Virus record (IMG/VR): IMGVR_UViG_3300015608_002806 | DNA: 64,000 bases | Reading direction: 5' to 3' (one strand) | Source: an uncultured virus (IMG/VR IMGVR_UViG_3300015608_002806) | Lineage: Duplodnaviria; Heunggongvirae; Uroviricota; Caudoviricetes | Position numbers and translations under genes: made by a program | Shown here: positions 19,276 to 29,344 of the stretch, in pieces | How the letters are laid out: every line of letters begins with the position of its first letter | How positions within the stretch are numbered: position 1 is the stretch's first letter | Notes under the pieces: generated by a model | Database searches by the model: none | What the model saw: only the letters and a program-made list of their open reading frames with translations | What the model was told of the DNA's origin: nothing

Positions 19276-21794
19276 AGTTTGATTAAATCCCTATAGTCTA
19301 CACCTATAAAATTTAAATTTTTTGCATTTGAAGATATTTTGTCGGGCACAACAGAACCAGACATATCAGAAGCTACCCAATAATGAATTAATTCATTTCC
19401 AAAAATTGTTTTTGCATCAGAAGATGTTGACCATTGTTGCAATTGAGATATTGTTGGTTTGGTTCCGGAAATTATTGCAGCAGCTATAAAATCATATGAC
19501 GCCATATAATTACTACTACAACTATTAACAATTGACCAGCCAGACATAATTTTGTTAAAATTATTATCCAATTCAGCACCAAATGAAATATGTGAAGCAG
19601 TTTGATTAGAAAGATAGGATGTTGTAATTGTTTGTGACAATATCAGTTGTCCATTTTGACAAACAAATAAATCACCCATTGATTTAGTGCCGCTATCAAA
19701 ATATTGATTTAAACAAAATATTGTATTTGAAGAACTATAAATGGGAATTAAAGATTCACCTGTGTTGAAATTTATAAAATCAAATGATTGTCTTGCTATT
19801 GAGCCTGAATAGTTTTTGAAATATCCATAAATAATTAATCTATCAAAAAAACTTGAAGTGTAAAAATTTTTATATTGTAATACAGAATATTTTTCACTAA
19901 ATGAAACAATATTTTCTGGAGTTGGTGTATTAATTGTATCTAATTTAACAATTCCACCCATGTTTTTAGCAACTTTCGTAGTGGTTCCAGTGGCAAATAA
20001 ATTATATATGAATGAAGCATACAGTGTAGTTCCACTTAGCATAATATCTTCGCAATAATTTCCAGAAATCCAACATGGTCGCCATGTTGAATCTAATTGT
20101 CCATCGTTTAAATTTATTTTTGCAATATTTAAAGAACTTGCTGAATTTACTGTTGTAAAATCCCCGCCAATAAACATGCTGGAACTATCATATATTTGAA
20201 TATTTTCAACTTGATCATCGCAATTCGCTGTGAATGAAGCAGAAATAGCACCTGTTGTTGAATTAAGCATTACTATATTCATTTTTTGTGAACCAGAAAC
20301 TCTATCGAACCGCCCACCAATATATAAGAATTGATTGTATACAATTATATTATTAATTATGTTAAATGCTGTAAAACCACTCCTGGTAATATTTGGATTA
20401 AAAAATGTTAACGCACCCGTTGTTGAATCGCAAGAAGCAATTCCATTCCGTGCAGTTCCAGATACTGTTTGAAATACTCCTCCAAAAAACAATGTATTTC
20501 CAGAAAGACTTAATTTTTGGACTTGATTATCTGGATCTGGATCAAAGTTTGTTAAGTTTCCGGTATTTTTATTTATTGACGCCAATTTTCGTCTAGCTGT
20601 TCCTGATATATTATTAAATGCCCCAGCAACAAACAAAGTATCGCCAGATAAAAGCAAGTCACTTACTGTATTATCTGCACCCGGATCCCAATCTAGTAAA
20701 TTTAAATATTTATCATATTTTGCAAGTCTTGACCTTGGTTTTCCTGATGCTGACAGGAAATTTCCACCTATATATATATTTCCATCATTATCAATAATTG
20801 TTTTATAAATTGTCATATTATGATCTGTATATATATTTAAATATTCATTATTTCCAGTCATATAAGATGAAGATTCTTGTCCAATTAATGTATAGTCAAT
20901 ATATGAGGATGAATTTGGTATATTGAATAATCTATTAAAAGTTGAACCAGTTACAGATGAACCAGAGGAAAAAACTCTAAAAAAATTACCAGCAGGTATG
21001 GGATTTCCACATTGTGCTGTTTTTAATAAAACAGAATATTGTCCGTTTGTATTGGATCCAGAATCAAGATATGTTGTGTTTTGTAATGCGTTTTCTGCGT
21101 ATGCATACGTTGTCAATCCATCAAGTTTGATGTATTCGTATTCATCTGTGTTTGTAACAAAAGGAATTGAGTAAGGATTTGTTAAATATGTTCCACTTAA
21201 TGTTTCTCTTGCTCCGGTTCCAATTGTTATATAATAATCTTCTTTTCTTTCTAGTGTTCCTGTTATATTAATATATAGATTTTTATTGGAATTTGCCCAA
21301 GAACAACTATATATTGGTGGATTTAATTGTTTATTGAGCGGCAAAAATGTAATTGCATTTTCTGTATTTGTTGTATACATTGAATAATTAAAATAAATAA
21401 CAATACTTCCGCTTCTTGATATATTTTTTTGTCCAGCTGCAACACTGGAACTTGATACCAAATAAAGCAACCCATCGCCAGGACCACTTCCTGAACTTGG
21501 ATTTGGATCTTCTTCTGTAAAATAATCCCAAGATTTTACAGATAAAATTGGTTTGCCTGCTGATGTTATTGAACCAGTTTGCAAGTAAACGGAATATGGC
21601 TTGCAATAATCCAATGAAGCAGTTGGAGACAATAAAATCAAAGTGTCTCCACCTGACCAAGAAACAGTCGCACCAATGTTATTGCCAGCTGAATCATAAA
21701 CGGCAATTCTGCTATTCACAGATGATGTGTTCATAGCATAAAAGAATTTGACATCAAAAGATGATGTTATTGAAATTTGTATTGGTGCTGGCAT
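19272..21794 (-). CDS. Virion protein with Ig-like (Big_5-type) domains and beta-propeller repeats
   Basis: F.YAMNT.S...SWS...L.L.P Ig-like units; repeated IYIGG.F..VSG..R..LA units. Confidence 0.7.
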   Translation of the reverse strand: MPAPIQISITSSFDVKFFYAMNTSSVNSRIAVYDSAGNNIGATVSWSGGDTLILLSPTASLDYCKPYSVYLQTGSITSAGKPILSVKSWDYFTEEDPNPSSGSGPGDGLLYLVSSSSVAAGQKNISRSGSIVIYFNYSMYTTNTENAITFLPLNKQLNPPIYSCSWANSNKNLYINITGTLERKEDYYITIGTGARETLSGTYLTNPYSIPFVTNTDEYEYIKLDGLTTYAYAENALQNTTYLDSGSNTNGQYSVLLKTAQCGNPIPAGNFFRVFSSGSSVTGSTFNRLFNIPNSSSYIDYTLIGQESSSYMTGNNEYLNIYTDHNMTIYKTIIDNDGNIYIGGNFLSASGKPRSRLAKYDKYLNLLDWDPGADNTVSDLLLSGDTLFVAGAFNNISGTARRKLASINKNTGNLTNFDPDPDNQVQKLSLSGNTLFFGGVFQTVSGTARNGIASCDSTTGALTFFNPNITRSGFTAFNIINNIIVYNQFLYIGGRFDRVSGSQKMNIVMLNSTTGAISASFTANCDDQVENIQIYDSSSMFIGGDFTTVNSASSLNIAKINLNDGQLDSTWRPCWISGNYCEDIMLSGTTLYASFIYNLFATGTTTKVAKNMGGIVKLDTINTPTPENIVSFSEKYSVLQYKNFYTSSFFDRLIIYGYFKNYSGSIARQSFDFINFNTGESLIPIYSSSNTIFCLNQYFDSGTKSMGDLFVCQNGQLILSQTITTSYLSNQTASHISFGAELDNNFNKIMSGWSIVNSCSSNYMASYDFIAAAIISGTKPTISQLQQWSTSSDAKTIFGNELIHYWVASDMSGSVVPDKISSNAKNLNFIGVDYRDLIKL

Positions 21795-21803
21795 ATTTGG
21801 GTA

Positions 21804-22742
21804 TTAGCTAGTGTACGAACCAGAAACAATGTCATCGTCTTCGACAAAGAAACTAAAGACATATGGAGAACCAAGTGTCATTGAGAAAGTTGTTGAAGAG
21901 GTTGCTGGCAATGTCACAATATATGGTTCAGAGTACAACAAGTGACCTGCTGTTGCTGACAATGTTAATCTAGTATCACCATTTGACCATGTTTTGGTAC
22001 AATTTACTCCAGTTAGATTGTGGTCTGTCCAAGTAAGATTGTTAACTGTTGCTGTTAGCATTGGGAAATTAAAGTCAATCACAACAGTTCCAGTAATGGA
22101 GAATTCATAACCACCATCTTCTGGTGTTGTTCCAGAGACAATGCTTACTTGTTGTGCTGTTGTTACTCCCCACAATGTTGCGGTTGGAATATAGTATGAA
22201 TTTGTTGCGGTTGATCCTGTGCCAAATGTGATATAATATGGTTCGCACCAATTTAAAGTTGGCGTGGGATCTATTACAAGAATTGTGTCGCCACCGCTCC
22301 ATGTTTTAGAATGAGCAACCGGATTGCCGCTCTTGTCAACAAATGAAAACGATGCAGAAACAGTAGCTGTATCCATTGCATATGCAAAAGTTGCTGTAAA
22401 ATTACCAGAAACAGAAACATTAGCAGCATTATTTACTGGACTAAATGTAGTAATAATAACAGGAGGATCTTCTGTGTAAAATGAATAAGTTTTATCTGAA
22501 AGAATTGGTTTTGATGCCGAAGTTACACAGCCAGACAATATTACTACACTGTACGCCTCATTGTAATGAAGCGTACTCACAGGATCTAAAGTTAATCTTG
22601 TGTTTCCAAGTGACCAACCTTTGCTGACAGATACTGCACTTTGATTTCCATCTTTAACAGATGATGATAAATTAACTGACGCTGTGTGCATGGCGTAATT
22701 AAAATCCACTATAAAACTTGATGTAATGCCAATTCTTGCCAA
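21804..22742 (-). CDS. Virion protein with three tandem Ig-like (Big_5-type) domains
   Basis: Three F.(Y/F)(A/P)M.TA.V...K.WS.G.T.L...Y units; TTG start with AGGAG SD. Confidence 0.72.
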   Translation of the reverse strand: MARIGITSSFIVDFNYAMHTASVNLSSSVKDGNQSAVSVSKGWSLGNTRLTLDPVSTLHYNEAYSVVILSGCVTSASKPILSDKTYSFYTEDPPVIITTFSPVNNAANVSVSGNFTATFAYAMDTATVSASFSFVDKSGNPVAHSKTWSGGDTILVIDPTPTLNWCEPYYITFGTGSTATNSYYIPTATLWGVTTAQQVSIVSGTTPEDGGYEFSITGTVVIDFNFPMLTATVNNLTWTDHNLTGVNCTKTWSNGDTRLTLSATAGHLLYSEPYIVTLPATSSTTFSMTLGSPYVFSFFVEDDDIVSGSYTS

Positions 22743-22776
22743 TTTTTAATTCTCCTGTATTAATTATATGATTTTT

Positions 22777-23640
22777 TTAAACAGTAAAAACTCTATTAAT
22801 TATTTCATCTTCTGCTGATGCTGTAAAGAATACCAGTGTATAATTTTGCGTTAAAGATGCTCCATTTAGTGCTTTTAGTCCAGTTTTAATTGTTAAAATA
22901 AATGTTTCATTTGCTATTAGATCATTTAAAGGATTTACGTACATTGTTTGATAATTTGATGACCACACAATGATAAAATCCACAGAATTTCCAGATGAAT
23001 CCTCAAGTGTTACATTTCCTGATGATGTAGATGAATTAATTCCAAAATTAAAAACAATTTGTATGTCACTAGACACATCAGATATAAACGCTCCATTTGT
23101 TGGAGTTGTTGAGGATATAATTAATGAATATTGTCTACTTTTTGATGTAATTGTTGATTCTGATAGTTGTGGAGGGTTTCTTGATTTAACACAATGAGCA
23201 GATATTTGCACTTTAAAATCAATTTGACCAAACATTTCATCTGGTTCAAATAATTTAATTATTTCATGATATTCATTGTTGTAAAATATAATATCTCCTT
23301 CTCGAACCCATAATTCTTGATCTTCGCGTATTCTTCTATTGTGAAAATGAACAATTATTTTGGAACGTCTATCTATACCAAAATTAGTTGTTTTGCTATC
23401 ATTGTCTTCATATTCAATTAATGCATATATCCTAATCGGTTTTAGATATACTTTATTTATTGATTCTCCATAGATTGGATGAACATTTGTTGACATTAAA
23501 TCAACAGGAAAATACATAATTTGCTGACCAATTACTCGTTCAATAACCTCATCTGCAACTTGTTTTTGAAAATCACGTTCTGGTTGATTTAAAAAAGTTG
23601 GAGGGGGTGGACTACTATTTCTATTCCATTCATTGCTCAT
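22777..23640 (-). CDS. Neck / head-closure protein (T4 gp14-like) with C-terminal Ig-like domain
   Basis: HPIYGESINK, FGID, VREGD.I..N.EYHEI; C-terminal STTP.NGA...IVFN...L.ANETF.LTI..G Big_5-like domain. Confidence 0.7.
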   Translation of the reverse strand: MSNEWNRNSSPPPPTFLNQPERDFQKQVADEVIERVIGQQIMYFPVDLMSTNVHPIYGESINKVYLKPIRIYALIEYEDNDSKTTNFGIDRRSKIIVHFHNRRIREDQELWVREGDIIFYNNEYHEIIKLFEPDEMFGQIDFKVQISAHCVKSRNPPQLSESTITSKSRQYSLIISSTTPTNGAFISDVSSDIQIVFNFGINSSTSSGNVTLEDSSGNSVDFIIVWSSNYQTMYVNPLNDLIANETFILTIKTGLKALNGASLTQNYTLVFFTASAEDEIINRVFTV

Positions 23641-24869
23641 TAATCAATCTCAAGCATTCGTTTTTTTGGTGGTTTATTTTGCGGTGTTTGTTGATTTTGC
23701 TTTTCGCCCATAACAGCTTTTTGAAACTCTTTTTTTGAAATATTATCAAATATTAATTGTAATTTTGTTGTTAAGTTGACTAAATGTTTAATATTTATTT
23801 TTAATTTAAAATTAGTTACAGCATAATTGCAACAATTTTCAATAAAATCAAGAAAAATTTTATCAAATTCTTCCATTAAATCAGCTATTCCAAACATTAA
23901 TTTATTAACACCAAAATTAGGACTATCTGTAAGTTTATTTATTTTTATTACATTTAATGAAAATTCTAAATTTTTAATTTGATTTTTAATCATTCCTGTA
24001 AACGTATGAACAACATGATTTTCCATATTTGATAAAAATAATTGCTCTTTTGATATATTTTTTAAATCATTAATATTTTTGTCAAATTTACTGCCTTCTA
24101 AATATTCCTTTGTGTATGCTTCAATTTCTATGGGATCATTGTAGTATCCATACGAGTATTCTATTATTTTTTCAATAGTTTTTTTATTAGGAAACAACAC
24201 ACCAAGAAAATTACTATGATTACCAATAAGAGTGCCACCATTTTTAAAGTAATAAAATGGAACCTCTTCTTCTTTTATTGCACCATTGGAAAACATTACA
24301 ATTGATTTTATTTTTTTATTTTCATCATTTATTTTTTTTTGTGTTTCTTGTGCGTCAAAAGTTTGCGATGAGTGAGTGACTTCATGTGCGATTAGTTCTT
24401 TTATTTTTTTAACAATGTGCAAAAATGGTTGTTTATTTATTTTTAATTGATTGTTTTCAACAGAAAATAATTCTTTTCCTATTAAAAATCTTAAATTCAT
24501 GTTTCTTTCTTCTTTCTTGTCAGAAGGAATAAACGAACCAGTAATATCAGTTTTATCTAGAGATATTTCAAATTTAACAATAACATTATTGATATTATTT
24601 CTTTTTTGATTTCTTGTTAAAAGCTGTTTTGTATTTATTTTTTTTGATTGATTATCAATTTGCCATTCTGGTGGCATATTATTTAAATCTATAATATATT
24701 TTGAAGATTTATTTACAGCTAATTCCAATCTTTTTAATTCTAAAACATTTAATTGATTTGATTTTCTTATAAAAGCATGAAGCCATGATTGAAAAATTTG
24801 TACACAAATTCTTGACAATGCCAAATTTATTGGAGCATCTTTTTTAATTTCATTAATTATTTGTTTCAT
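23640..24869 (-). CDS. Putative zincin-like metalloprotease (HExxH)
   Basis: IAHEVTHSSQ with downstream YYNDPIEIEAY. Confidence 0.55.
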   Translation of the reverse strand: MKQIINEIKKDAPINLALSRICVQIFQSWLHAFIRKSNQLNVLELKRLELAVNKSSKYIIDLNNMPPEWQIDNQSKKINTKQLLTRNQKRNNINNVIVKFEISLDKTDITGSFIPSDKKEERNMNLRFLIGKELFSVENNQLKINKQPFLHIVKKIKELIAHEVTHSSQTFDAQETQKKINDENKKIKSIVMFSNGAIKEEEVPFYYFKNGGTLIGNHSNFLGVLFPNKKTIEKIIEYSYGYYNDPIEIEAYTKEYLEGSKFDKNINDLKNISKEQLFLSNMENHVVHTFTGMIKNQIKNLEFSLNVIKINKLTDSPNFGVNKLMFGIADLMEEFDKIFLDFIENCCNYAVTNFKLKINIKHLVNLTTKLQLIFDNISKKEFQKAVMGEKQNQQTPQNKPPKKRMLEID

Positions 24870-25420
24870 TTAATTCTTGTTCCATTTTCCCAATATTCTT
24901 GTCTTATTATGTTTCCATCTTCATCATATCCAATAATAGCAGGACCATTATCGTTATGATATTCATCATTTATAAACCATGATTTATGTTTAACATTTCC
25001 ATTTGGATAATATTCAATAATAGCAGGACCATTTTCGTTATGTTCTTTACCATTTATATACCATGATTTATATTCAACATTTCCATTTGGATAATATCTA
25101 ATAACAGCAGGACCATTATCGTTATGACATTTATCATTTATCCACCATGATTTATATTCAACATTTCCATTTGGATAATATCCAATAATGGCAGGACCAT
25201 TTTCGTTATGTTCTTTACCATTTATATACCATGATTTATATTCAACATTTCCATTTGGATAATATCTAATAACAGCAGGACCATTCTCGTTATGATATTT
25301 ACCATTTTTATTTCTCCATTCTAATTCAATTGCATATCCATAATTAACTAATTCCGATGGTGGATTATATTTAATTCCATCAATTATTGTATCTGTTTTA
25401 TATAATGTATTTATGATCAT
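24866..25420 (-). CDS. HNENGPA-repeat protein, 5 repeats (family A)
   Basis: 184 aa; same caps and repeats. Confidence 0.9.
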   Translation of the reverse strand: MIINTLYKTDTIIDGIKYNPPSELVNYGYAIELEWRNKNGKYHNENGPAVIRYYPNGNVEYKSWYINGKEHNENGPAIIGYYPNGNVEYKSWWINDKCHNDNGPAVIRYYPNGNVEYKSWYINGKEHNENGPAIIEYYPNGNVKHKSWFINDEYHNDNGPAIIGYDEDGNIIRQEYWENGTRIK

Positions 25421-26644
25421 TTATTTTAACCATATACCTAAAGGTATATTTCTCATTGTGTCTTGAGCATTTTCAGCCATTTCTTTTTGTTGTTTGGCTA
25501 GTTCATTATATTTTAATTGTTCAAGATCATCCATTAACATTTTAATTAAATCATCTTTCATCTTATCAGATCTTGTTCTTAATTGATCTGAATTAAGTTT
25601 AATTGAATTTTTTGGCAATGGGATTGGATCATATTTTCCTCTAATAAAAGATAGAGTTTCCATGCAATTTGCCAAGCAATATTCTCTAATAAAATGTTTA
25701 CCCATTGAATTAATGTTTTCATATGGTATATTAGCAAATGGCAAAGTATTAATATTATTAATGCCATTTACTGTGCTTCCTGATAATGCTGGGTTTGAGT
25801 CATCCCAAGGATCAGTTCTTAGAGAAAATCTAAACCACATTTTTGGTGGAGAACCAATGGTTGGAATTGGGAAAATTCTTATTTTGTTGTTTATTATTTC
25901 ATAAGAATAATGTGATGTCCTTGTCCACAAAGCGTCTTCAAACGCAGCGGCTTGCATCTTTGTTTGATAAACAGGAGTCAAAAAGAAAGTAGAATCATTT
26001 GCATATTGACCATATGCACCCCATGCCCCAATAACATTGAATTGACCATAATAACCAAAAAATCTCCACATTGATTGTGGGGTCTTATAAAAAACGTCTC
26101 TAACAATAACCCTTGTTCCAGAAATTGTGCCAGAATAAGAAGAAGACATCAATATTTGTTGCAAATCATAATCTTGTTGGCCTTGTAAAATATCAAAAGA
26201 TGCTGAATATATGGGTTTTGTTCCACCAACACCAGCCTCATGAGAAAAAGCTTCAGCTATTGTTCTTGCATAACCAAGAGAAAAATTAGGATATTTAAGA
26301 GATATGCTTTCTCCGCTTGTCAATTCGCCATCTTGATTAAATGTACCAGTTGATGCACCCAAGGCAACCAATAAAATATTTTTTGCTTGATGATTATTGA
26401 TTATTTTAGAATATTGAAGAACAGCATCCTCATATGCATTGTAAACATTGGATGTTTCTAGCTCAATATCAAGAATGTTGCCGCCTAATTTGTAATGAAC
26501 ATAAGCCACAGCATCCACGCAACCAGAAATAAATGCAGAGGATGAATAAATTCCAAAAGCCAACAAAGAAGAAACCTCAGAGTGAGTTCCTGTTGATGGA
26601 AGAATTTTTGCTGATAGCTGTGAAACAGGTGAGAGTGTTGGCAA
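25421..26644 (-). CDS. Neck / head-tail adaptor protein (T4 gp13-like)
   Basis: KLGG.ILDIEL, QQDYDL, YEIINNKIRIFPIP, FIREYCLA...L..IRGKY..IP.P...LN; likely TTG start at 26644 after GGAG (ORF track starts 26689). Confidence 0.75.
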   Translation of the reverse strand: MPTLSPVSQLSAKILPSTGTHSEVSSLLAFGIYSSSAFISGCVDAVAYVHYKLGGNILDIELETSNVYNAYEDAVLQYSKIINNHQAKNILLVALGASTGTFNQDGELTSGESISLKYPNFSLGYARTIAEAFSHEAGVGGTKPIYSASFDILQGQQDYDLQQILMSSSYSGTISGTRVIVRDVFYKTPQSMWRFFGYYGQFNVIGAWGAYGQYANDSTFFLTPVYQTKMQAAAFEDALWTRTSHYSYEIINNKIRIFPIPTIGSPPKMWFRFSLRTDPWDDSNPALSGSTVNGINNINTLPFANIPYENINSMGKHFIREYCLANCMETLSFIRGKYDPIPLPKNSIKLNSDQLRTRSDKMKDDLIKMLMDDLEQLKYNELAKQQKEMAENAQDTMRNIPLGIWLK

Positions 26645-26772
26645 TTTATTATAATTCTCCTGTCTAATTATAACATTTTTAATGTACAAAAATATTTTTA
26701 TAAAAATATTATTTTTTAAACTATTTAATTTAGCAGAATTAACATATCAAACATCACTGAGGGAGGGCCTCC

Positions 26773-27039
26773 TTGAAAAGAATTTTGGTTCCTGTTTTTT
26801 TCCTCTTGTTTTCCTGTGTAACAGGAAATGATGTTGATATTGATTCAAATATCACAATAAATATTGATTTATGTGAATTGATTGATTCAATTCAAGAAGA
26901 ACCACAAGATTATAAAACTGATTCTGATCTTTATTCTGAATGGTCAAGCTGCAATTATAATTCACAATGCGCAACTGATTTGTGTATTTGTAATACTTGT
27001 ATTGATATATTGCATATCATACAATATGGAGAACAATAA
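26773..27039 (+). CDS. Small putative lipoprotein with Cys-rich C-terminus
   Basis: MKRILVPVFFLLFSC lipobox-like signal; CNYNSQCATDLCICNTC; GGGAGG SD and upstream ACTATTTA. Confidence 0.65.
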   Translation: MKRILVPVFFLLFSCVTGNDVDIDSNITINIDLCELIDSIQEEPQDYKTDSDLYSEWSSCNYNSQCATDLCICNTCIDILHIIQYGEQ

Positions 27040-27176
27040 TGCGTTTATTTATTAAATGTATAATGTGGTTGTGTTTGGGTTGTTTTTGTTTGTCTTTTAT
27101 TTGTGGTGGAAAATTTTCCAATGCTGAAAACTTTATTTTGCTTGGTGGTCTTTGTGCTATTTATTTAAAAATGTAA
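27039..27176 (+). CDS. Small 45-aa membrane protein (not in the ORF track)
   Basis: TAATG coupling to the previous gene; MRLFIKCIMWLCLGCFCLSFICGGKFSNAENFILLGGLCAIYLKM has two hydrophobic segments. Confidence 0.5.
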   Translation: MRLFIKCIMWLCLGCFCLSFICGGKFSNAENFILLGGLCAIYLKM

Positions 27177-28139
27177 TTAGTTAAATTTAAATAAAGTTAA
27201 ATGTCTTTCGGTTTGTCCATCTTCTGTTAATCCTGACACTTTATTCCATTCTTCTACATGAGAGCAAATTTCTGTCTTTAAACCATATGGATATATGGAT
27301 AGATTTATTGGGCGAAATCCACATCCATTAAAAATTTCCTCATCTGTTAAATCTTCATTTTTTAATAAATTTTTATGATGTGTTGCCAATACATATTTTG
27401 CTCCACTTTTTTTAAAATTTATCAAGGTTTTAAATACATTTTCATTAGAAAAATGAAAAAATATATCTCTTGCTATTATTAAATCAGCATATGGCAAAAT
27501 TTGTTCAATCATATCAAATTCTTCAAAATAATATTGATTATAATTTTTTTTATTTCTGTCAATTGCATATTTATTTATGTCAAACCCACAATATTCTACA
27601 TTTTGTAAATTTATTTTAAAAGCCCAATTTTCAAAAAGACCACATGGACAATCATTTATTTTTTTTATATTATATTTGTTTATTAATTTATTAATAAAAT
27701 CTATTGTTCCCATTTCTTCAACATAATAGAGTTCGCTCCCCAATCCTTGGGGGCATTCTTTGTCTAAAGCTAATAAATAAGCATCTTCAAATGCTTTTTT
27801 AATATTATTTAAGTTTTGTATTCTTCCATATTTATCTTCTAACCTAACAACGTCATCAAGATGATTCGATGACCATTCATAAACACAAGAATCTTGCACA
27901 GCTTTTAATCTATGAATTGTACCAGCAGGAATTGCAACCATTTCATCAGGAGAAAGATGCTTAATTTCTGAATTGATTTCAAGCTCAATGTGACCAGTTT
28001 TAAGCATCATAAACTCATCTTTTTCTTTGTGATATTGTTTAGAAAGAGATTCACCTGCATTTATATATAATTTTTTAAACACAAGATGTTTTCCAATTGT
28101 TTGAATAATTTCTTTTCCCCAAGGCTTAATTACTTCCAT
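27177..28139 (-). CDS. Cupin (mannose-6-phosphate isomerase type II-like) fused to a class I SAM-dependent methyltransferase-like domain
   Basis: KPWG.E...LSKQYH..KDE...IPAGTIHRL...DDVVRLED.YGR; then DCPCG, Y.GFDI, ADLII.RD..FH. Confidence 0.72.
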   Translation of the reverse strand: MEVIKPWGKEIIQTIGKHLVFKKLYINAGESLSKQYHKEKDEFMMLKTGHIELEINSEIKHLSPDEMVAIPAGTIHRLKAVQDSCVYEWSSNHLDDVVRLEDKYGRIQNLNNIKKAFEDAYLLALDKECPQGLGSELYYVEEMGTIDFINKLINKYNIKKINDCPCGLFENWAFKINLQNVEYCGFDINKYAIDRNKKNYNQYYFEEFDMIEQILPYADLIIARDIFFHFSNENVFKTLINFKKSGAKYVLATHHKNLLKNEDLTDEEIFNGCGFRPINLSIYPYGLKTEICSHVEEWNKVSGLTEDGQTERHLTLFKFN

Positions 28140-28151
28140 CTTTCCTCTTTT

Positions 28152-28877
28152 TTATGTGTTTTGTTCTGGTTTAAATGATTGTAAATCCATTGATAAAAAT
28201 TCTTTTATTGGAATTTTTTTTGAATAATTGTCTCTAAAATATACATTTTCTATTGGTATTGCTGACCATTGTAATAATTTTTTAAATAAATCTTTTGATT
28301 GAAAGTCAAAATCACTTAATTCATAATTTTTATGATTTAAATTATTAAATTTACTATTTAGTAATTGTCCATATTTTTCCGGCATATATTTTTGACGAAC
28401 TGCTAAAATAAATAATTTTTGCAAATTATCAAAAATAAAAACATTGTTAGATAAATTGATAACAAAATCAGAAATATTGTCTTCCAATATTTTCCCAATA
28501 ATTAGTGATAAATTATCATGAATTGAATATATTGAAGTTAAATTATTATTATATACACAAATAAAACTAACATAAAGTCTAAATTTTGAATCATATTTAA
28601 TTTTTGCTTTATTGTTAAATTTATCATTAAATGTTTTTACAATAGATGGCATATGTTTTAATATATTATTTACATTAAAATCATGTTCAACACTATAAAT
28701 AGATGTCAACAATATTTCAACATTTTTTTCATTTTTATATAAAATATCACCAATTTTATTTTCAAATCCAAAAATATTAAATTTTGGTATTTCTATATTT
28801 AATAGATGGCAATCCCAATTTAAAGATGGTGCATTTGTTAAAAAACAATTAACAATATTTTTAGTTGTCAAAATCAT
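28152..28877 (-). CDS. Hypothetical protein
   Basis: 241-aa co-oriented ORF. Confidence 0.65.
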   Translation of the reverse strand: MILTTKNIVNCFLTNAPSLNWDCHLLNIEIPKFNIFGFENKIGDILYKNEKNVEILLTSIYSVEHDFNVNNILKHMPSIVKTFNDKFNNKAKIKYDSKFRLYVSFICVYNNNLTSIYSIHDNLSLIIGKILEDNISDFVINLSNNVFIFDNLQKLFILAVRQKYMPEKYGQLLNSKFNNLNHKNYELSDFDFQSKDLFKKLLQWSAIPIENVYFRDNYSKKIPIKEFLSMDLQSFKPEQNT

Positions 28878-28885
28878 TAATTAAA

Positions 28886-29344
28886 TTATCCATTTTCACA
28901 TATACCACTTCCTGTCAATGCAAACATGTCATATGAGCTAATAAATGTTTCTTCTGCGGAGATTCTAAAAGCACCAATATTTGTATGAGGATTTAATTTG
29001 CAAATAAATACCTCTTTACATTTAATATTAAATGTTTGTGAATTTGTACCAGAAGGAAGCGGCACGAAATGATTGTCTCTTATTTGAGGATAAGGAAAGG
29101 TTCCTGTTGGTTCTGGGCCAAAAAAAACAGCAATTGGTGAAGTTCCAACTGCTGAACCCGTTGGGAACACATCGGTGGCATTAATGTTGTATACAGTAAA
29201 TGCTTTTGTTACAAACGGAAATGTAACTTTTATGTATCCTGTATTTGCTGGAATTATGGTTGCTGTGATCCAAGGATGACCTGAAACCTGATAGGCACTA
29301 ACTGTTCCAAGTCCTGGTTTGCCTGATGGTGATGCTAAGCTCAT
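28886..29344 (-). CDS. Hypothetical virion protein
   Basis: 152 aa; GLG.VSAYQVSG.PW, FPFVTK; structural composition. Confidence 0.65.
   Translation of the reverse strand: MSLASPSGKPGLGTVSAYQVSGHPWITATIIPANTGYIKVTFPFVTKAFTVYNINATDVFPTGSAVGTSPIAVFFGPEPTGTFPYPQIRDNHFVPLPSGTNSQTFNIKCKEVFICKLNPHTNIGAFRISAEETFISSYDMFALTGSGICENG

Noticed and set aside
24866..25420. CRISPR array interpretation of the periodic gcaggaccatt repeats
   Set aside because: The period is an exact in-frame 84 bp and the intervening sequences are homologous coding sequence, not unique spacers; no cas genes
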